Positions 1-11,556 of a DNA stretch of 64,000 nt are shown here, in pieces. Both the position numbers and the translations under genes were made by a program. The notes beneath the pieces are model-generated. The model had not been told where the DNA came from. It searched no databases and worked only from the letters and a program-made list of their open reading frames with translations. Numbering within the stretch: position 1 is the first letter of the stretch; the number at the start of each line of letters is the position of its first letter. The DNA comes from an uncultured Gemmatimonadaceae bacterium (lineage in GTDB: Bacteria > Gemmatimonadota > Gemmatimonadetes > Gemmatimonadales > Gemmatimonadaceae), in assembly GCA_963781585.1 (NCBI GenBank), contig CAWAGQ010000004.1, forward strand, positions 416,001 through 480,000. Reading direction: 5' to 3'.

Positions 1-217
1 GATCCGTGAATCCGTGCGGGATGGAGAGACGGGGTACCTCGTGTCCCACGGGGACCTCGAGCAGCTGGCCCGCGTCATGCGTCGCCTGGCCGCGTCGCCG
101 GATACAGTGACCACGCTTGGTCGGCAGGCGCGGGCATATGCCGAGACGTTTACGTGGGAGCGCGCCGCCAGCGAAACTGAAGCGCATCTGCAGGCAATCG
201 CGTCGGGCGGAGGCTAG
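1..217 (+). CDS. GT4-family glycosyltransferase, C-terminal fragment (truncated by window edge)
   Basis: DGETGYLV...FTWERAA is the typical GT-B/GT4 C-terminus. Confidence 0.75.
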   Translation, partial: IRESVRDGETGYLVSHGDLEQLARVMRRLAASPDTVTTLGRQARAYAETFTWERAASETEAHLQAIASGGG

Positions 218-284
218 GACAGGTGGACATCGTGCTTTATCGGCGCATCACGGGCGTGCAGGTTCCCCCGGGGCACGGCCGCGA

Positions 285-1256
285 ATGAACGGGACAGTCA
301 CGGTCGGACGCCTCATCGAGCGACTGCAGACGCCATTGCAGCTCGAGCAACTGGGCGGCGCATACGGTCACGAGCGCGAGATCGCGACATCGGACGTCTC
401 CAGCCCCGGACTGGCGCTCGCCGGTTATGTCGGCCGGTTCATGGCGCAACGCGTGCAGGTCATCGGAGAAACCGAGATGACCTACCTGGGTGCGCTCGCA
501 CCGGAGGAGCGCGAGCGTCTGCTCGAGCAGTACTTCTCCTTCCCCATTCCGTGCCTGCTGGTCTCCAAGGGGCAGGAGTTGGTGGCGGGCCTCCTCGAGA
601 AGGCGTCGCGCGAGGGAGTCCCCGTGTTCCGGTCACCGCTCAAGACCGCCGAAGTGTACCGGCGGGTCAAACCGGTACTCGAGGATCTCTTCGCGCCCCA
701 GACCACGCTCCACGGCTCGCTCGCCGATGTGTTCGGAGTGGGCCTGCTGTTCACGGGGCGCAGCGGCATCGGCAAGTCGGAATGCGTGCTGGATCTCGTG
801 GAGCGCGGACATCGGCTGGTGGCCGATGACCTCGTGATCTGCTCGCGGCGCGGCAACGATCTGGTGATCGGGAGGGGTCACGAGCTGCAACGCCACTACA
901 TGGAAATCCGCGGGGTGGGACTCATCGATGTGCCGGCCATCTTCGGCGTGCGCGCCGTGCGCCAGCAGAAGCGCATCGAGGTGGTGGTCCAGCTCGAGGA
1001 GTGGGCCGAAAATTCATCGGCCGATCGCACCGGACTGGACGGCGAGACGATTCCCATCCTCGGCGTGGACCTCCCCAAGATCTCGGTGTTCCTGAACCCC
1101 GGAAAGAACATCACTGTGATCGCCGAAGTCATCGCGATGAACCATCTGCTGCGCTACGCGGGCGTGAATCCCGCGGAGGCCTTCAATCAGCGGTTGATGG
1201 GCAAGCTCCGTCGCAAGACGGACGTGCGGCACTATCTCGTTGAGGACGATGAGTAG
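285..1256 (+). CDS. hprK: HPr(Ser) kinase/phosphorylase
   Basis: LHGSLADVFGVGLLFTGRSGIGKSE Walker A, LVADD, MEIRGVGLID motifs; ATG at 285 chosen within ORF 117..1256. Confidence 0.95.
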   Translation: MNGTVTVGRLIERLQTPLQLEQLGGAYGHEREIATSDVSSPGLALAGYVGRFMAQRVQVIGETEMTYLGALAPEERERLLEQYFSFPIPCLLVSKGQELVAGLLEKASREGVPVFRSPLKTAEVYRRVKPVLEDLFAPQTTLHGSLADVFGVGLLFTGRSGIGKSECVLDLVERGHRLVADDLVICSRRGNDLVIGRGHELQRHYMEIRGVGLIDVPAIFGVRAVRQQKRIEVVVQLEEWAENSSADRTGLDGETIPILGVDLPKISVFLNPGKNITVIAEVIAMNHLLRYAGVNPAEAFNQRLMGKLRRKTDVRHYLVEDDE

Positions 1257-1632
1257 TATTCGCGCCATCATCGCGGGTCACGGTGACTTTGCCAGCGGGA
1301 TGATATCGGCGGTGCAGCAGATTGCCGGGCAGGACGGCATCTTTCTCGGCGTGAGCAACCGGGACCTGAGCGCCGAGTCCGTGGAGTCCCTCCTGCGCGA
1401 GCAACTCGAGGCGTCCGGGGCCCGCGTGATCTTTACCGATCTGGCGGCCGGCAGTTGCACCATGGCGGCCCGTCGCCTGCAGCGCGAGCGTCCCGCCCTC
1501 ACGCTGGTGACCGGCGTCAACCTCGCTACCCTGCTGGATTTTGCCTTCCAGCCTGAGCCGGCGGGTGCGGCGGCGCGACACGCGGCCGACAAGGGGCGCG
1601 CATCTCTTCTCGTGTCGGGAACTGCGCCGTGA
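1249..1632 (+). CDS. PTS mannose/fructose-family EIIA
   Basis: IIAGHG phospho-His motif, FTDLAAGS, VTGVNL. Confidence 0.88.
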   Translation: MSSIRAIIAGHGDFASGMISAVQQIAGQDGIFLGVSNRDLSAESVESLLREQLEASGARVIFTDLAAGSCTMAARRLQRERPALTLVTGVNLATLLDFAFQPEPAGAAARHAADKGRASLLVSGTAP

Positions 1633-2120
1633 GCGTCGAGCTCTACCGCATCGACGATCGACTCATCCACGGCCAGGTCGTGGTCGGGTGGGGACAGCCG
1701 CTCGACCTCCGGTTCATCGTGCTGGTGGACGACGAAGTGGCGGCGAGCGATTGGGAGCAGGAGCTGTACCGCATGGGTGTGCCGCCGGAAATGGACGTGT
1801 ATTTCGATTCCGTCCAGTCGGCGGTGGAACATCTGGCGCGATACCAGGGCGACGCACGGCCAGGCCTCCTCCTCACCGGCGACATCGACACCATGCGACG
1901 CCTCATCGAAGCCACCGGGTCGATCCACGAGGTGAATCTGGGGGGGATTCATCACCGTGCCGGCCGCGCGCAGCGCCTGCGCTACGTCTTCCTGTCGCCT
2001 GACGAGGAGACCGAGCTCCGATCGCTGAGCGAGCGCGGGGTCGCGGTGTCGGCGCAGGATGTGCCCGGGGCACGCCCGCTCCCGCTGGGCGAGGTTCTCG
2101 CCGGAGACGGCAGCCGATGA
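1629..2120 (+). CDS. PTS mannose/sorbose-family EIIB
   Basis: RIDDRLIHGQV signature, VNLGG; GTGA overlap with EIIA. Confidence 0.92.
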   Translation: MSVELYRIDDRLIHGQVVVGWGQPLDLRFIVLVDDEVAASDWEQELYRMGVPPEMDVYFDSVQSAVEHLARYQGDARPGLLLTGDIDTMRRLIEATGSIHEVNLGGIHHRAGRAQRLRYVFLSPDEETELRSLSERGVAVSAQDVPGARPLPLGEVLAGDGSR

Positions 2121-2800
2121 CCCCGCTCGACGTCGCGATCCTGATCATTCTCGGCGGCGTGCTTGGCCTGGACACGGTGAGCTTCCCGCAGGCGATGCTG
2201 TCCCGGCCGATCGTGGCGGGAACCCTCGCGGGTGCACTCATGGGACAGGCGGGGCGCGGCCTGCTGCTCGGCGCGGCCCTCGAGTTGTTCGCGGTCGATA
2301 CGCTGCCATTTGGAGCGTCGCGCTATCCCGAGTGGGGGTCGTCGTCAGTGGTCGGCGCCGGACTGTTCGCGATGCTCCCCGGGTCCATGGCGGGAGGCCT
2401 TACGACATCGGTGCTGGCTACCCTGATCGTCGCATGGGTGGGCGGCTGGTCGATGGTGCGGGTGCGCCTCTACAATGCGCGGCGGGCGCGGATGCACCAG
2501 CCGGAGGTGGCACGCGGGGATCGGAGGGCGGTGATCGGCTTGCAGCTCTCGGGACTCACGGTCGACCTGCTGCGCGGCATGCTGCTCACCGGTGCGGGAC
2601 TGCTGGTGCTGGGACCGCTGCAGCACGTGGCGCTCGCGGCGTGGGGTGTGGGGCCGGCGGCGTCGAGGGCGGTGGTCGTGTCGGCGGCGGCCGCGGTGTC
2701 GCTGGGTGCCGCGTACAAACTCTTCCACGTGATCCCGGGGTTCCTCTGGCAGTTTCTGCTCGGGCTCGGTGCGGGTCTCGTGATTGTGGTGCTGCGATGA
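2117..2800 (+). CDS. PTS mannose-family EIIC
   Basis: Hydrophobic protein with SRPIVAG...GAALEL motif; operon position. Confidence 0.85.
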   Translation: MTPLDVAILIILGGVLGLDTVSFPQAMLSRPIVAGTLAGALMGQAGRGLLLGAALELFAVDTLPFGASRYPEWGSSSVVGAGLFAMLPGSMAGGLTTSVLATLIVAWVGGWSMVRVRLYNARRARMHQPEVARGDRRAVIGLQLSGLTVDLLRGMLLTGAGLLVLGPLQHVALAAWGVGPAASRAVVVSAAAAVSLGAAYKLFHVIPGFLWQFLLGLGAGLVIVVLR

Positions 2801-3555
2801 GCGACGGCGCCGTAATCCCGGCCTGGACCCGGGTGGCCATGTTTGTTCGCCTCCTGGCCGTACAGGGGTCCTGGAATTACGAGACCATGCTCGGCAACGG
2901 ACTTGGTTTCTGCGTGGAGCCGGCACTGCGGCGCCTTCCGGGTGGCGTTGACGGTGATGCCTACCGCGCGGCGCTGGCACGGCAGAGCCAGTATTTCAAC
3001 GCGCATCCGTACCTGGCGTCGGTGGCGGTGGGCGCTCTGGCTCGCGCCGAACTCGAGGGAGAGCCTCCCGCGCGCATCGAGCGCTTCCGCACGGCGCTTT
3101 GCGGCCCGCTGGGCAGCGTCGGTGACCGGCTGGTGTGGGCTACGATGCTACCAGCCTGCTCGTTCGCCGCCCTGTTCGTCTTCGGCATGGGTGGCGGACC
3201 GTTGCTTGTGGCCCTGGTGTTCCTGGTCGCCTATAACAGCGGGCATCTGGCGTTGCGGTTGTGGGGCTTGCAGGTCGGGCTGCGGCACGGATTGCAGGTG
3301 GCGCATTCGTTAGGCGCTCCGCTGCTGCGCCAGGCGCCGTTCTCGCTCGGCCGCGTGGCCACGGTTCTCGCGGGCCTGAGTGTTCCGCTGTCGGCGGCGC
3401 GCATCGTGCTGCCTCACGGTGTGCTGCTGGGGACGGTGATGGCCGTGACCGCGGTCGGTGGGGGGGTGATCGCCCGGCTGCACGGGCGGGTGGTGGGATG
3501 GAAGGTGTCGGTGGTGGTGCTGGTGGGATTCGTTCTGTGGGCGGTGATCCGGTGA
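2797..3555 (+). CDS. PTS mannose-family EIID
   Basis: QGSWNYETM, FNAHPY, GPLGSVGDRL motifs; ATG at 2797 overlaps the EIIC stop. Confidence 0.9.
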   Translation: MSDGAVIPAWTRVAMFVRLLAVQGSWNYETMLGNGLGFCVEPALRRLPGGVDGDAYRAALARQSQYFNAHPYLASVAVGALARAELEGEPPARIERFRTALCGPLGSVGDRLVWATMLPACSFAALFVFGMGGGPLLVALVFLVAYNSGHLALRLWGLQVGLRHGLQVAHSLGAPLLRQAPFSLGRVATVLAGLSVPLSAARIVLPHGVLLGTVMAVTAVGGGVIARLHGRVVGWKVSVVVLVGFVLWAVIR

Positions 3556-3821
3556 CCGCCGAGCGCTCGGTGCAGATCGCCAACCGGAACGGGTTGCACG
3601 CGCGCCCGGCGGCGGAGATCGTCAAGACCGCGGCTCGGTTCCGCAGCGAGATCACGATTGCGCGCGAGGATCTCGAGGTCAACGGAAAGAGCATCATGGG
3701 CGTGATGATGCTCGCCGCCGAGTACGGCACGCTGCTTCGGCTGCGCGCCGAGGGCCCCGACGCCGAGGAAGCCGTGGAGTCGATCGCGCAGGTCATCACC
3801 AGCCGGTTCGGCGAGGCCTGA
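3552..3821 (+). CDS. ptsH: Phosphocarrier protein HPr
   Basis: GLHARPA (His15) and NGKSIMGVM (Ser46) motifs; GTG at 3552. Confidence 0.95.
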   Translation: MTAERSVQIANRNGLHARPAAEIVKTAARFRSEITIAREDLEVNGKSIMGVMMLAAEYGTLLRLRAEGPDAEEAVESIAQVITSRFGEA

Positions 3822-3825
3822 CGCC

Positions 3826-5589
3826 ATGGATCGCACGCTCCAGGGCCGCTCCGCCTCTCCGGGCATCGTGGTCGGCCCGGTACGGTTGCTGCGCTGGGAG
3901 GTGCCCGACGTGCCCCATCGCGTTGTCGGCGATGACGAGGTCGAGGCGGAGATCGAACGCCTCCACGCGGCCATCGACCGTGCGCGGGAGCGACTCCTCA
4001 GCGTGCGCGATCGCGCCGACAAGCACGCCGGGCCGGAGGAAGCGGCGATCTTCGACGTGCAGATTTCCATCCTCCAGGACCGCGAGCTCCTGCGCGAGAT
4101 CGAATCCTACATCCGGCAGAACCTTGCCGCGGAGAAGGCATTCGATCTGGTGATGCTCGAGTGGCGCCAGCACTTCGCCCGGAGCATCGCGCCGATGCTC
4201 CGCGAGCGCGTGGGCGACCTGACCGACGTCCAGATCCGTGTCCTGTCGGTGCTCATGGACCTGCCCGATCACGACCCGGTCGATGTGCCGAAGGGGACGA
4301 ACGCGATCCTGGTTACCCATGACCTGACACCGAGTCTGACGGTCCAGCTCGACCGCGACGCCATCGCAGGCATCGCCACCGATTCGGGCACGCCCACGTC
4401 CCACGTCGCCATTCTCGCCCGCTCGTTAGGTCTGCCGGCGGTGGTCGGTCTGCGCGACGCCACCGCCCGGCTGCGCGGCGACGAGATGGTGGTCCTGGAT
4501 GGCTCGCATGGGTTGCTGGTGGTCAACCCCAGCCCGGATGAGATCGCCGCTTTTCGCAATCGCGCGGCCGCCGAGGCCCGCAGCGAAGTCGAGCTGCTCA
4601 AGTTCGCCGGCGTCGAACCGGTCACCACCGACGGCGTCCGCATCACGTTGCGCGCCAACGTTGATCTTCCCGACGAGGCGGTGCAGGCGGCGCGCAGCGG
4701 TGCCCACGGCGTGGGACTGATGCGTACCGAATTCCTGGTGGTGGGCCGCGCCAGCATGCCCGACGAGGAAGAACAATATCGGTGCTACCGCGGTGTGGTT
4801 GAAGCGTTCGCCGGCCATCCGGTAGTCATCCGCACCTTCGACGTGGGCGGCGACAAGCTCCCCGCGGGCGGATATCCCAGCGAGCCGAATCCGTTCCTGG
4901 GGTGGCGTGCCATTCGCATGTGTCTCGACCAGCCGGAGATCTTCAAGGTCCAGCTGCGAGCCCTCCTCCGTGCCGGGCTCCACGGCGACGTGCGCATCAT
5001 GCTGCCGCTGGTGGTGACGCTCGACGAAGTGGTGGGCGCGCGCAAGCTGCTGGCCGAAGCCGCCGCCGAGCTCGATGCGCGAGGCGTCGCTTACTCGCAC
5101 AACGTCCCGCTGGGCGTGATGGTCGAGACGCCGGCCGCCGCGGTCGCCGCCGACACGCTCGCCCACGAGGTGGCCTTCTTCAGCATCGGTACCAACGACC
5201 TCGTGCAGTACACGCTGGCCGTCGATCGCGGCAACGCCAACCTGGTGGCCCGGTTCACACCGCTCCATCCGGCGGTTCTGCGGCTGCTCAAGCAGATCGT
5301 GGATGTGGCGCAGGCGCATCGCCTCAATGTGGCCGTTTGCGGCGAGATGGCGTCGCAGCCGCTGATGGTCTTTGCGCTCATCGGACTCGGCCTGCGAGAT
5401 CTCAGCGTGAACCCCCGCTCCGTGCCTCTGGTGAAGCGCGTGGTGCGCGCCATCAGCATCGAATGTGCCCAGGAGGCGGCCACCGCGGCTCTGGCGACAC
5501 GCACCGCCGCGGAGGCCGAGCGCGAGCTGAGGCAGCGCCTCCTTGCCACCTATGGCGACGCGGCCTTTCTCGGAGAGACACCAGCATAA
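3826..5589 (+). CDS. ptsI: PTS enzyme I (PEP-protein phosphotransferase)
   Basis: TSHVAILAR phospho-His, [32 protein letters not shown]. Confidence 0.95.
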   Translation: MDRTLQGRSASPGIVVGPVRLLRWEVPDVPHRVVGDDEVEAEIERLHAAIDRARERLLSVRDRADKHAGPEEAAIFDVQISILQDRELLREIESYIRQNLAAEKAFDLVMLEWRQHFARSIAPMLRERVGDLTDVQIRVLSVLMDLPDHDPVDVPKGTNAILVTHDLTPSLTVQLDRDAIAGIATDSGTPTSHVAILARSLGLPAVVGLRDATARLRGDEMVVLDGSHGLLVVNPSPDEIAAFRNRAAAEARSEVELLKFAGVEPVTTDGVRITLRANVDLPDEAVQAARSGAHGVGLMRTEFLVVGRASMPDEEEQYRCYRGVVEAFAGHPVVIRTFDVGGDKLPAGGYPSEPNPFLGWRAIRMCLDQPEIFKVQLRALLRAGLHGDVRIMLPLVVTLDEVVGARKLLAEAAAELDARGVAYSHNVPLGVMVETPAAAVAADTLAHEVAFFSIGTNDLVQYTLAVDRGNANLVARFTPLHPAVLRLLKQIVDVAQAHRLNVAVCGEMASQPLMVFALIGLGLRDLSVNPRSVPLVKRVVRAISIECAQEAATAALATRTAAEAERELRQRLLATYGDAAFLGETPA

Positions 5590-5684
5590 GGTCCACCGGC
5601 GACGGGTTGTCTGCCGCTCCTGCTCGCGCCCGGTTACGTTTCGGGTCGCCCTCGTCGTCCCTCTCCCGTTCGCGCGCGGCGGTC

Positions 5685-6857
<1,173 letters not shown>

Positions 6858-6884
6858 TACGATTGGCGCAGCGGTGAAGGTGCG

Positions 6885-7418
6885 ATGAGCGACATGGTCG
6901 AAGTGATCGTGGCCCGGCTCGGCCTCGACGGTGGGACGAACTCCTATGTGGTCATTCTCCGGGAAAAGGAGGGCGACCGACTGCTCCCCATCTGGATCGG
7001 CCAGGCGGAGGCCGAGTCGATCCTGCTCGAGATGAACAGCGTGAAGAAGGAACGCCCGCTCACGCACGACCTGTGCAAGAACCTCGTGACCGGACTGGGC
7101 GGCGACTTGCGCCGCGTCCAGATCACCAAGGTCCTCAAGGGCACGTACTACGCCGAGATGCACATCCAGCGCGGCGAGAGCGTGGTGCAGGTCGACGCGC
7201 GTCCATCCGACAGCATCGCCATCGCGCTCCGTTTCCCCGCTCCGATCTTCGCCGACGAGGGGCTGTTCGTTGGCGCGATCGATGACGAGAGCGCGGACAG
7301 CGACGCCGTCATTCCCGAGCCCGAGCCGCGACAAAGCACCGACGAGATGACGGCCGAACAACTCAAGCGCTACCTGTCGAATCTCCGCCCGGAAGACTTC
7401 GGCAAGTTCAACCTCTGA
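6885..7418 (+). CDS. Bifunctional nuclease family (DUF151) protein
   Basis: LPIWIGQAEA, RPLTHDL, DARPSDSIA motifs. Confidence 0.88.
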   Translation: MSDMVEVIVARLGLDGGTNSYVVILREKEGDRLLPIWIGQAEAESILLEMNSVKKERPLTHDLCKNLVTGLGGDLRRVQITKVLKGTYYAEMHIQRGESVVQVDARPSDSIAIALRFPAPIFADEGLFVGAIDDESADSDAVIPEPEPRQSTDEMTAEQLKRYLSNLRPEDFGKFNL

Positions 7419-7429
7419 TCGGCCGCCGG

Positions 7430-8602
7430 TTGCCATCGCTCGGCCGTTCCTGGCATGCGATCGTCGCGGCCTGCCTGGTCGGGGCGGTCGTGCTGTCGGC
7501 GCAGACCACCGGCGGCTCGCCGGTCTCGCAGGCGAGGACGGTCGACGGACGGGTCCTCCGTGGCACCCCGAGCGGAGAAAAACCGCTCGGCGGGCAGGTC
7601 GTGGTGCTGCATCGCATTGCCTCCGACAGCGCGGGGCCGGTCGATTCGGTCCGCACGGCGCAGGACGGACGATACCGCTTCCGCTATCGCGCCGCGGAGG
7701 ACAGCGTGCTGTACATCGTCTCCGCGCGCTACGCGGGAGTGGCCTACTTCACCGCGCCGCTGCGGGCGGCCGCGGTGCGCGGCAGCGATGCGGACATCGT
7801 GGTCTTCGATACTACCTCCGCCCCGATCGCGTTGTCGGTCCGCGGCCGCCACTTCGTCGTGACGAGGTCACCGAACGGGGGCGTGCGACGCGCCGTGGAT
7901 GTGTTCGAGATCGCCAACGACACGTCGGTCACGCGAATCTCCGGTCCGGCCACGCCGTCCTGGTCGGTTCGGCTGCCGGATGGGGCGACGACGCCTCGTG
8001 TCGAGCAGGGTGATGTGCCGGCGGGAGCGGTGAGCTTCGTGGGCGGTGTGGCCGAGGTGTTCGCGCCGTTTCCGCCGGGTCTCAAGCAGGTCGTTTTCTC
8101 GTACGAACTGCCGGCCACGGCGTTCCCCGCGCGAATTCCGGTCGAGTCACCCACCGGCGTGCTCGAGGTGTTGCTCCAGGAGTCGGGCGCCCGCGTCGAC
8201 GCGCCCGCGCTGGCGCGTCAGGACTCGGTCACGCTGCAGGGGACGAGCTATCAGCGGTACCTCGGCCAGAACCTGCCGGCGGGTTCACCGGTGCGCATCG
8301 TTCTCGAGTCGTCCGCGTCGGGCGGCCGGCTCCTGACCGGGGCCATGGTCCTGCTGTCGGGCGCGTTGCTGGCGTTAGGCTTCCGGGCCGGCCGGATCCG
8401 CGGGACGAGCCTGCCGGCCCGGCGCGGACGGCCCGATACCGCGGCACTGGCGCGCGACATCGCTACGCTCGACGCCGCGTTCGAGTCTCAGGGCGATCGA
8501 AGCGAGGCGTCGCGCACGGCCTACCAGCGGCGTCGCGCCGAGCTGAAGTCGCAACTGGTGCAGGCGCTGGCGGCTGTTGAATCCGCCGACCGCGGGCGCT
8601 AG
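7430..8602 (+). CDS. Exported hypothetical protein: beta-rich periplasmic part, C-terminal TM helix and short coiled coil
   Basis: Signal-peptide-like N-terminus, TAQDGRYRF (carboxypeptidase-regulatory-like), TM near residue 300; exact start uncertain. Confidence 0.65.
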   Translation: MPSLGRSWHAIVAACLVGAVVLSAQTTGGSPVSQARTVDGRVLRGTPSGEKPLGGQVVVLHRIASDSAGPVDSVRTAQDGRYRFRYRAAEDSVLYIVSARYAGVAYFTAPLRAAAVRGSDADIVVFDTTSAPIALSVRGRHFVVTRSPNGGVRRAVDVFEIANDTSVTRISGPATPSWSVRLPDGATTPRVEQGDVPAGAVSFVGGVAEVFAPFPPGLKQVVFSYELPATAFPARIPVESPTGVLEVLLQESGARVDAPALARQDSVTLQGTSYQRYLGQNLPAGSPVRIVLESSASGGRLLTGAMVLLSGALLALGFRAGRIRGTSLPARRGRPDTAALARDIATLDAAFESQGDRSEASRTAYQRRRAELKSQLVQALAAVESADRGR

Positions 8603-8624
8603 ACTTCCCGGCACAATTCACGCG

Positions 8625-8763
8625 ACGAGTGGGGGCCACGGAAACCGGTGCGATGCCGGTGCGGCCCCGCCACTGTAACGGGCAGAGCATGCGCACTCAA
8701 CGCCACTGACCGCGAGCGGTCGGGAAGGCGAGTTGCGCAGCCCGGAGCCAGGAGACGACCTCC
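8625..8763 (+). ncRNA. Cobalamin riboswitch
   Basis: GGAAACCGGTG at 8640, CCCCGCCACTGT at 8665-8676, GCCACTG at 8702, GGGAAGG at 8722, AGCCAGGAGAC at 8746; upstream of B12 uptake genes; a following hairpin at 8770-8806 may be the expression platform. Confidence 0.92.
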
Positions 8764-8862
8764 GCTCGTGCCACCACAACAGTTCCTCGGGGGAGGGCTG
8801 GTGGCGACATCGGGTCGCGCGCCGCGACCTGCTGCGCACGGGCATTCCCCCAGGTGGGTCGG

Positions 8863-9753
8863 ATGTCCGTGTTTCGGTTTTCAGGGAGAAGGGCGTGGGT
8901 GTTCGCCGTGGTCGCCGCCGTGGCCTGCGGCGGCGACCGGTCGGCGCGCGGCGGCGTCATCGATGACTTCGGCGACCCGGTTCGCTCACCCGCATCTCCG
9001 CGGCGCATCGTATCCCTGAGCCCCGCCACCACCGAGATCCTCTTCGCGTTAGGCGCGGGGCCCCGGGTCGTGGGCCGGACCCACTGGGACACGTCGCCCG
9101 ACTCGGCGCGCCTCGTCCCCGACCTCGGGGACGGGATCCGGCCGAACGTGGAGCGCGTGCTGGCCGCCCACGCCGACCTCGTGGTGCTCTACGCCAGCAG
9201 CGAGAACCGTGACGCGGCGCAGGCGCTCCGGGCCGCAGGCATTCCGGTAGTGGCCCTTCGCATCGACCGGATCGCCGACTTTGGCCGCGCGACCCTGCTG
9301 CTGGGCCGGCTGGTCGGTGCCGAGTCGCGGGCTGGCTTGCTGGTGGACTCCGTCACGCGCACGCTCGATCGCGTCCGTGAAGCCACCCGCGGACTGCCGC
9401 GGCCTTCGGTCTTCCTGCCGGCCTACGATCATCCCCTCATGGCCATCGGAGCCGGCAGCTTCCTGTCCGAGCTGGTGGGAATCGCCGGCGGCCGGAACGT
9501 GTTCGGCGACCTGAGCGCTCCATCGCCCCAGATCTCGTTCGAAGAACTGCTGCGCCGGAACCCTGACGTGGTCCTCGCGGCACCCGCGACCGCGATGGCG
9601 ATTGCAAGGGAGTCGCGCTGGGACGCCCTGCCGGCGGTGCGCGACGGACACCTGCTGGTGCGCGACACGATGATCACGGCGCGGCCCGGTGTTCGATTGG
9701 GCGAGGCGGCCATGTCGTTCGCCCGTCTGCTGCACCCCGGCGCGGTGCCCTGA
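8863..9753 (+). CDS. btuF: Cobalamin-binding periplasmic lipoprotein
   Basis: Lipobox AVAC, DDFG..RIVSLSPATTEILFALG helical-backbone receptor; riboswitch upstream. Confidence 0.85.
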   Translation: MSVFRFSGRRAWVFAVVAAVACGGDRSARGGVIDDFGDPVRSPASPRRIVSLSPATTEILFALGAGPRVVGRTHWDTSPDSARLVPDLGDGIRPNVERVLAAHADLVVLYASSENRDAAQALRAAGIPVVALRIDRIADFGRATLLLGRLVGAESRAGLLVDSVTRTLDRVREATRGLPRPSVFLPAYDHPLMAIGAGSFLSELVGIAGGRNVFGDLSAPSPQISFEELLRRNPDVVLAAPATAMAIARESRWDALPAVRDGHLLVRDTMITARPGVRLGEAAMSFARLLHPGAVP

Positions 9754-9754
9754 C

Positions 9755-10729
9755 ATGCGCCTGCGTCTGTTCGCCGTTCTGGGGGGCGCGCTGGTGGTGG
9801 CCGCGCTGGCCGGCATCGCAATCGGGGCCGTGACAATCCCGTTAGGCGGCGTGTGGCGCGCGCTGGGCGGAGCGGGGGACCCGGCCGTGATCGCGATCGT
9901 GCGCCAGGTGCGGCTCCCGCGCGTGGCACTGGCGGTCGCGCTCGGGGCCGCCCTCGGCATGAGCGGTGCGGTGTTGCAGGGTACCCTCCAGAACCCCCTC
10001 GCCGAGCCGTACCTGCTCGGCATCTCCGGTGGGGCGGCCGTGGGGTCGGTGACGGCGGTCGTGTTCGGCGCCACGCGGGTCGCTGTCGTGTCGGGCGCCG
10101 GCTTCCTCGGCGCGGTGGCCGCGGTCGGGCTGGTGCTGGCGGTGGCTCGCGCCGCGGTGGGTCGCGCCGATCCGCGCGTACTCCTCATGGCCGGCGTGGT
10201 CGTCGGGGCGTTCGCCAACGCCGCCATCATGGTGATGCTCGCCAACGCGCCCGCCACGCAGGTGCGCGGCGCTCTATGGTGGATGATGGGGTCGCTCGGC
10301 GCGGCCGACTGGGGTGATGTCCGGTGGCTGACGGCCGCACTCGTGGTGGCCGGAGGCCTGCTGGTCCATTGGGCCCGCGACATCGACGCGCTCGCCCTCG
10401 GACACGATGCCGCAGCCGCACTCGGCGTCTCACCGGAATCGGCCAGCCGCCGACTCTACCTGCTGGCGTCCCTGCTCGCCGCCGCCACCGTCGGCGTCGC
10501 CGGCCTGGTGGGATTCGTGGGGCTGGTGGTGCCGCACATCGCGCGCGCGTTGACCGGCTCGCGTCATCGACCGCTCCTGGCCGCCGCCGCCCTGGCCGGC
10601 GCGGCGCTCGTGGTGGTCGCGGATCTCCTCGCGCGCACGGTCCGCGCGCCCGCCGAGTTGCCACTCGGCGCGGTGACCGCTGTGCTCGGTGTGCCGTTCT
10701 TTCTGATTCTGCTCCGCCGCGCGTCATGA
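9755..10729 (+). CDS. btuC: FecCD/BtuC-family ABC permease
   Basis: RLPRV, QNPLAEPYLLG, GFVGLVVPH, ELPLGAVTA. Confidence 0.88.
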   Translation: MRLRLFAVLGGALVVAALAGIAIGAVTIPLGGVWRALGGAGDPAVIAIVRQVRLPRVALAVALGAALGMSGAVLQGTLQNPLAEPYLLGISGGAAVGSVTAVVFGATRVAVVSGAGFLGAVAAVGLVLAVARAAVGRADPRVLLMAGVVVGAFANAAIMVMLANAPATQVRGALWWMMGSLGAADWGDVRWLTAALVVAGGLLVHWARDIDALALGHDAAAALGVSPESASRRLYLLASLLAAATVGVAGLVGFVGLVVPHIARALTGSRHRPLLAAAALAGAALVVVADLLARTVRAPAELPLGAVTAVLGVPFFLILLRRAS

Positions 10730-11517
10730 TCGGCTTTCAGCAGGTTACCGCCCGCTATCCCGGCGCGGCCGCGCCGGCGATCTCCGACGTCTCCTTCGAC
10801 GCACCCCGCGGCGCGCTGACCGCGGTGGTCGGGCCTAACGGGAGCGGCAAGAGTACGCTGGTGCGCACGCTGCTGGGACGGGTGCCGGTGGTTGCCGGAC
10901 GCGTGGTCATTCACGGACGGGACATCGGCACGATTCCCCGACGCGCCGTCGCTCGCCTGGTGGCTGTTGTGGTACAGCGGGAGGAACCCGTCTTCGCGAT
11001 GCCGGTTCGCGAGTACGTCGCCCTTGGCCGCCACCCCCACGCCGGTTCGTGGTCACCGGTGCGGCCCGACGCCGGTCCCGTCTCGCGCGCCTTCGCCCTG
11101 GCGGGTGTCGGTGCCCTGGAAACGCGGCGTACCGACACGCTCTCCGGCGGGGAATGGCAACGCGTCCGGATCGCACGCGCCCTCGCGCAGGACACCGCGG
11201 CGCTGGTGCTCGACGAGCCCACGACGTTCCTCGACATCGCCCACGAAATGGAGTCGTTCGAGGTGCTGGCGCGACTGGCCGCGGATGGACACGCCGTCCT
11301 GGCTGTGAGCCACCAGCTCAACCTCGTCGCGCGATTCGCGGATCGCGTGATCCTGCTGCACGACGGCCGCGTGGCCGCTGCCGGGAGTCCCGACGAGGTG
11401 ATGCAGGCGCGCCTCCTCGAGACGATCTACCAATGGCCGCTGGTTGTTACGCGTGATCCGGCGGTCGGCGCGCCCACACTCGTTCCGCTTCGCCGTCGCC
11501 CGGCCCGTCCGCTCTGA
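10726..11517 (+). CDS. btuD: Cobalamin/iron-chelate ABC ATPase
   Basis: GPNGSGKS, LSGGE, LDEPT, SHQLN. Confidence 0.88.
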   Translation: MIGFQQVTARYPGAAAPAISDVSFDAPRGALTAVVGPNGSGKSTLVRTLLGRVPVVAGRVVIHGRDIGTIPRRAVARLVAVVVQREEPVFAMPVREYVALGRHPHAGSWSPVRPDAGPVSRAFALAGVGALETRRTDTLSGGEWQRVRIARALAQDTAALVLDEPTTFLDIAHEMESFEVLARLAADGHAVLAVSHQLNLVARFADRVILLHDGRVAAAGSPDEVMQARLLETIYQWPLVVTRDPAVGAPTLVPLRRRPARPL

Positions 11518-11556
11518 TGTCATCCGGCCTCCCCCTCACACTCCCTTCCTGGCGCC

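Noticed and set aside
4902..5684. Long N-terminal extensions on metK, IID, pyrB, the VWA protein, bshA and others in the ORF track
   Set aside because: They are open-frame run-ons overlapping upstream genes; conserved N-termini and stop/start overlaps indicate the later starts.
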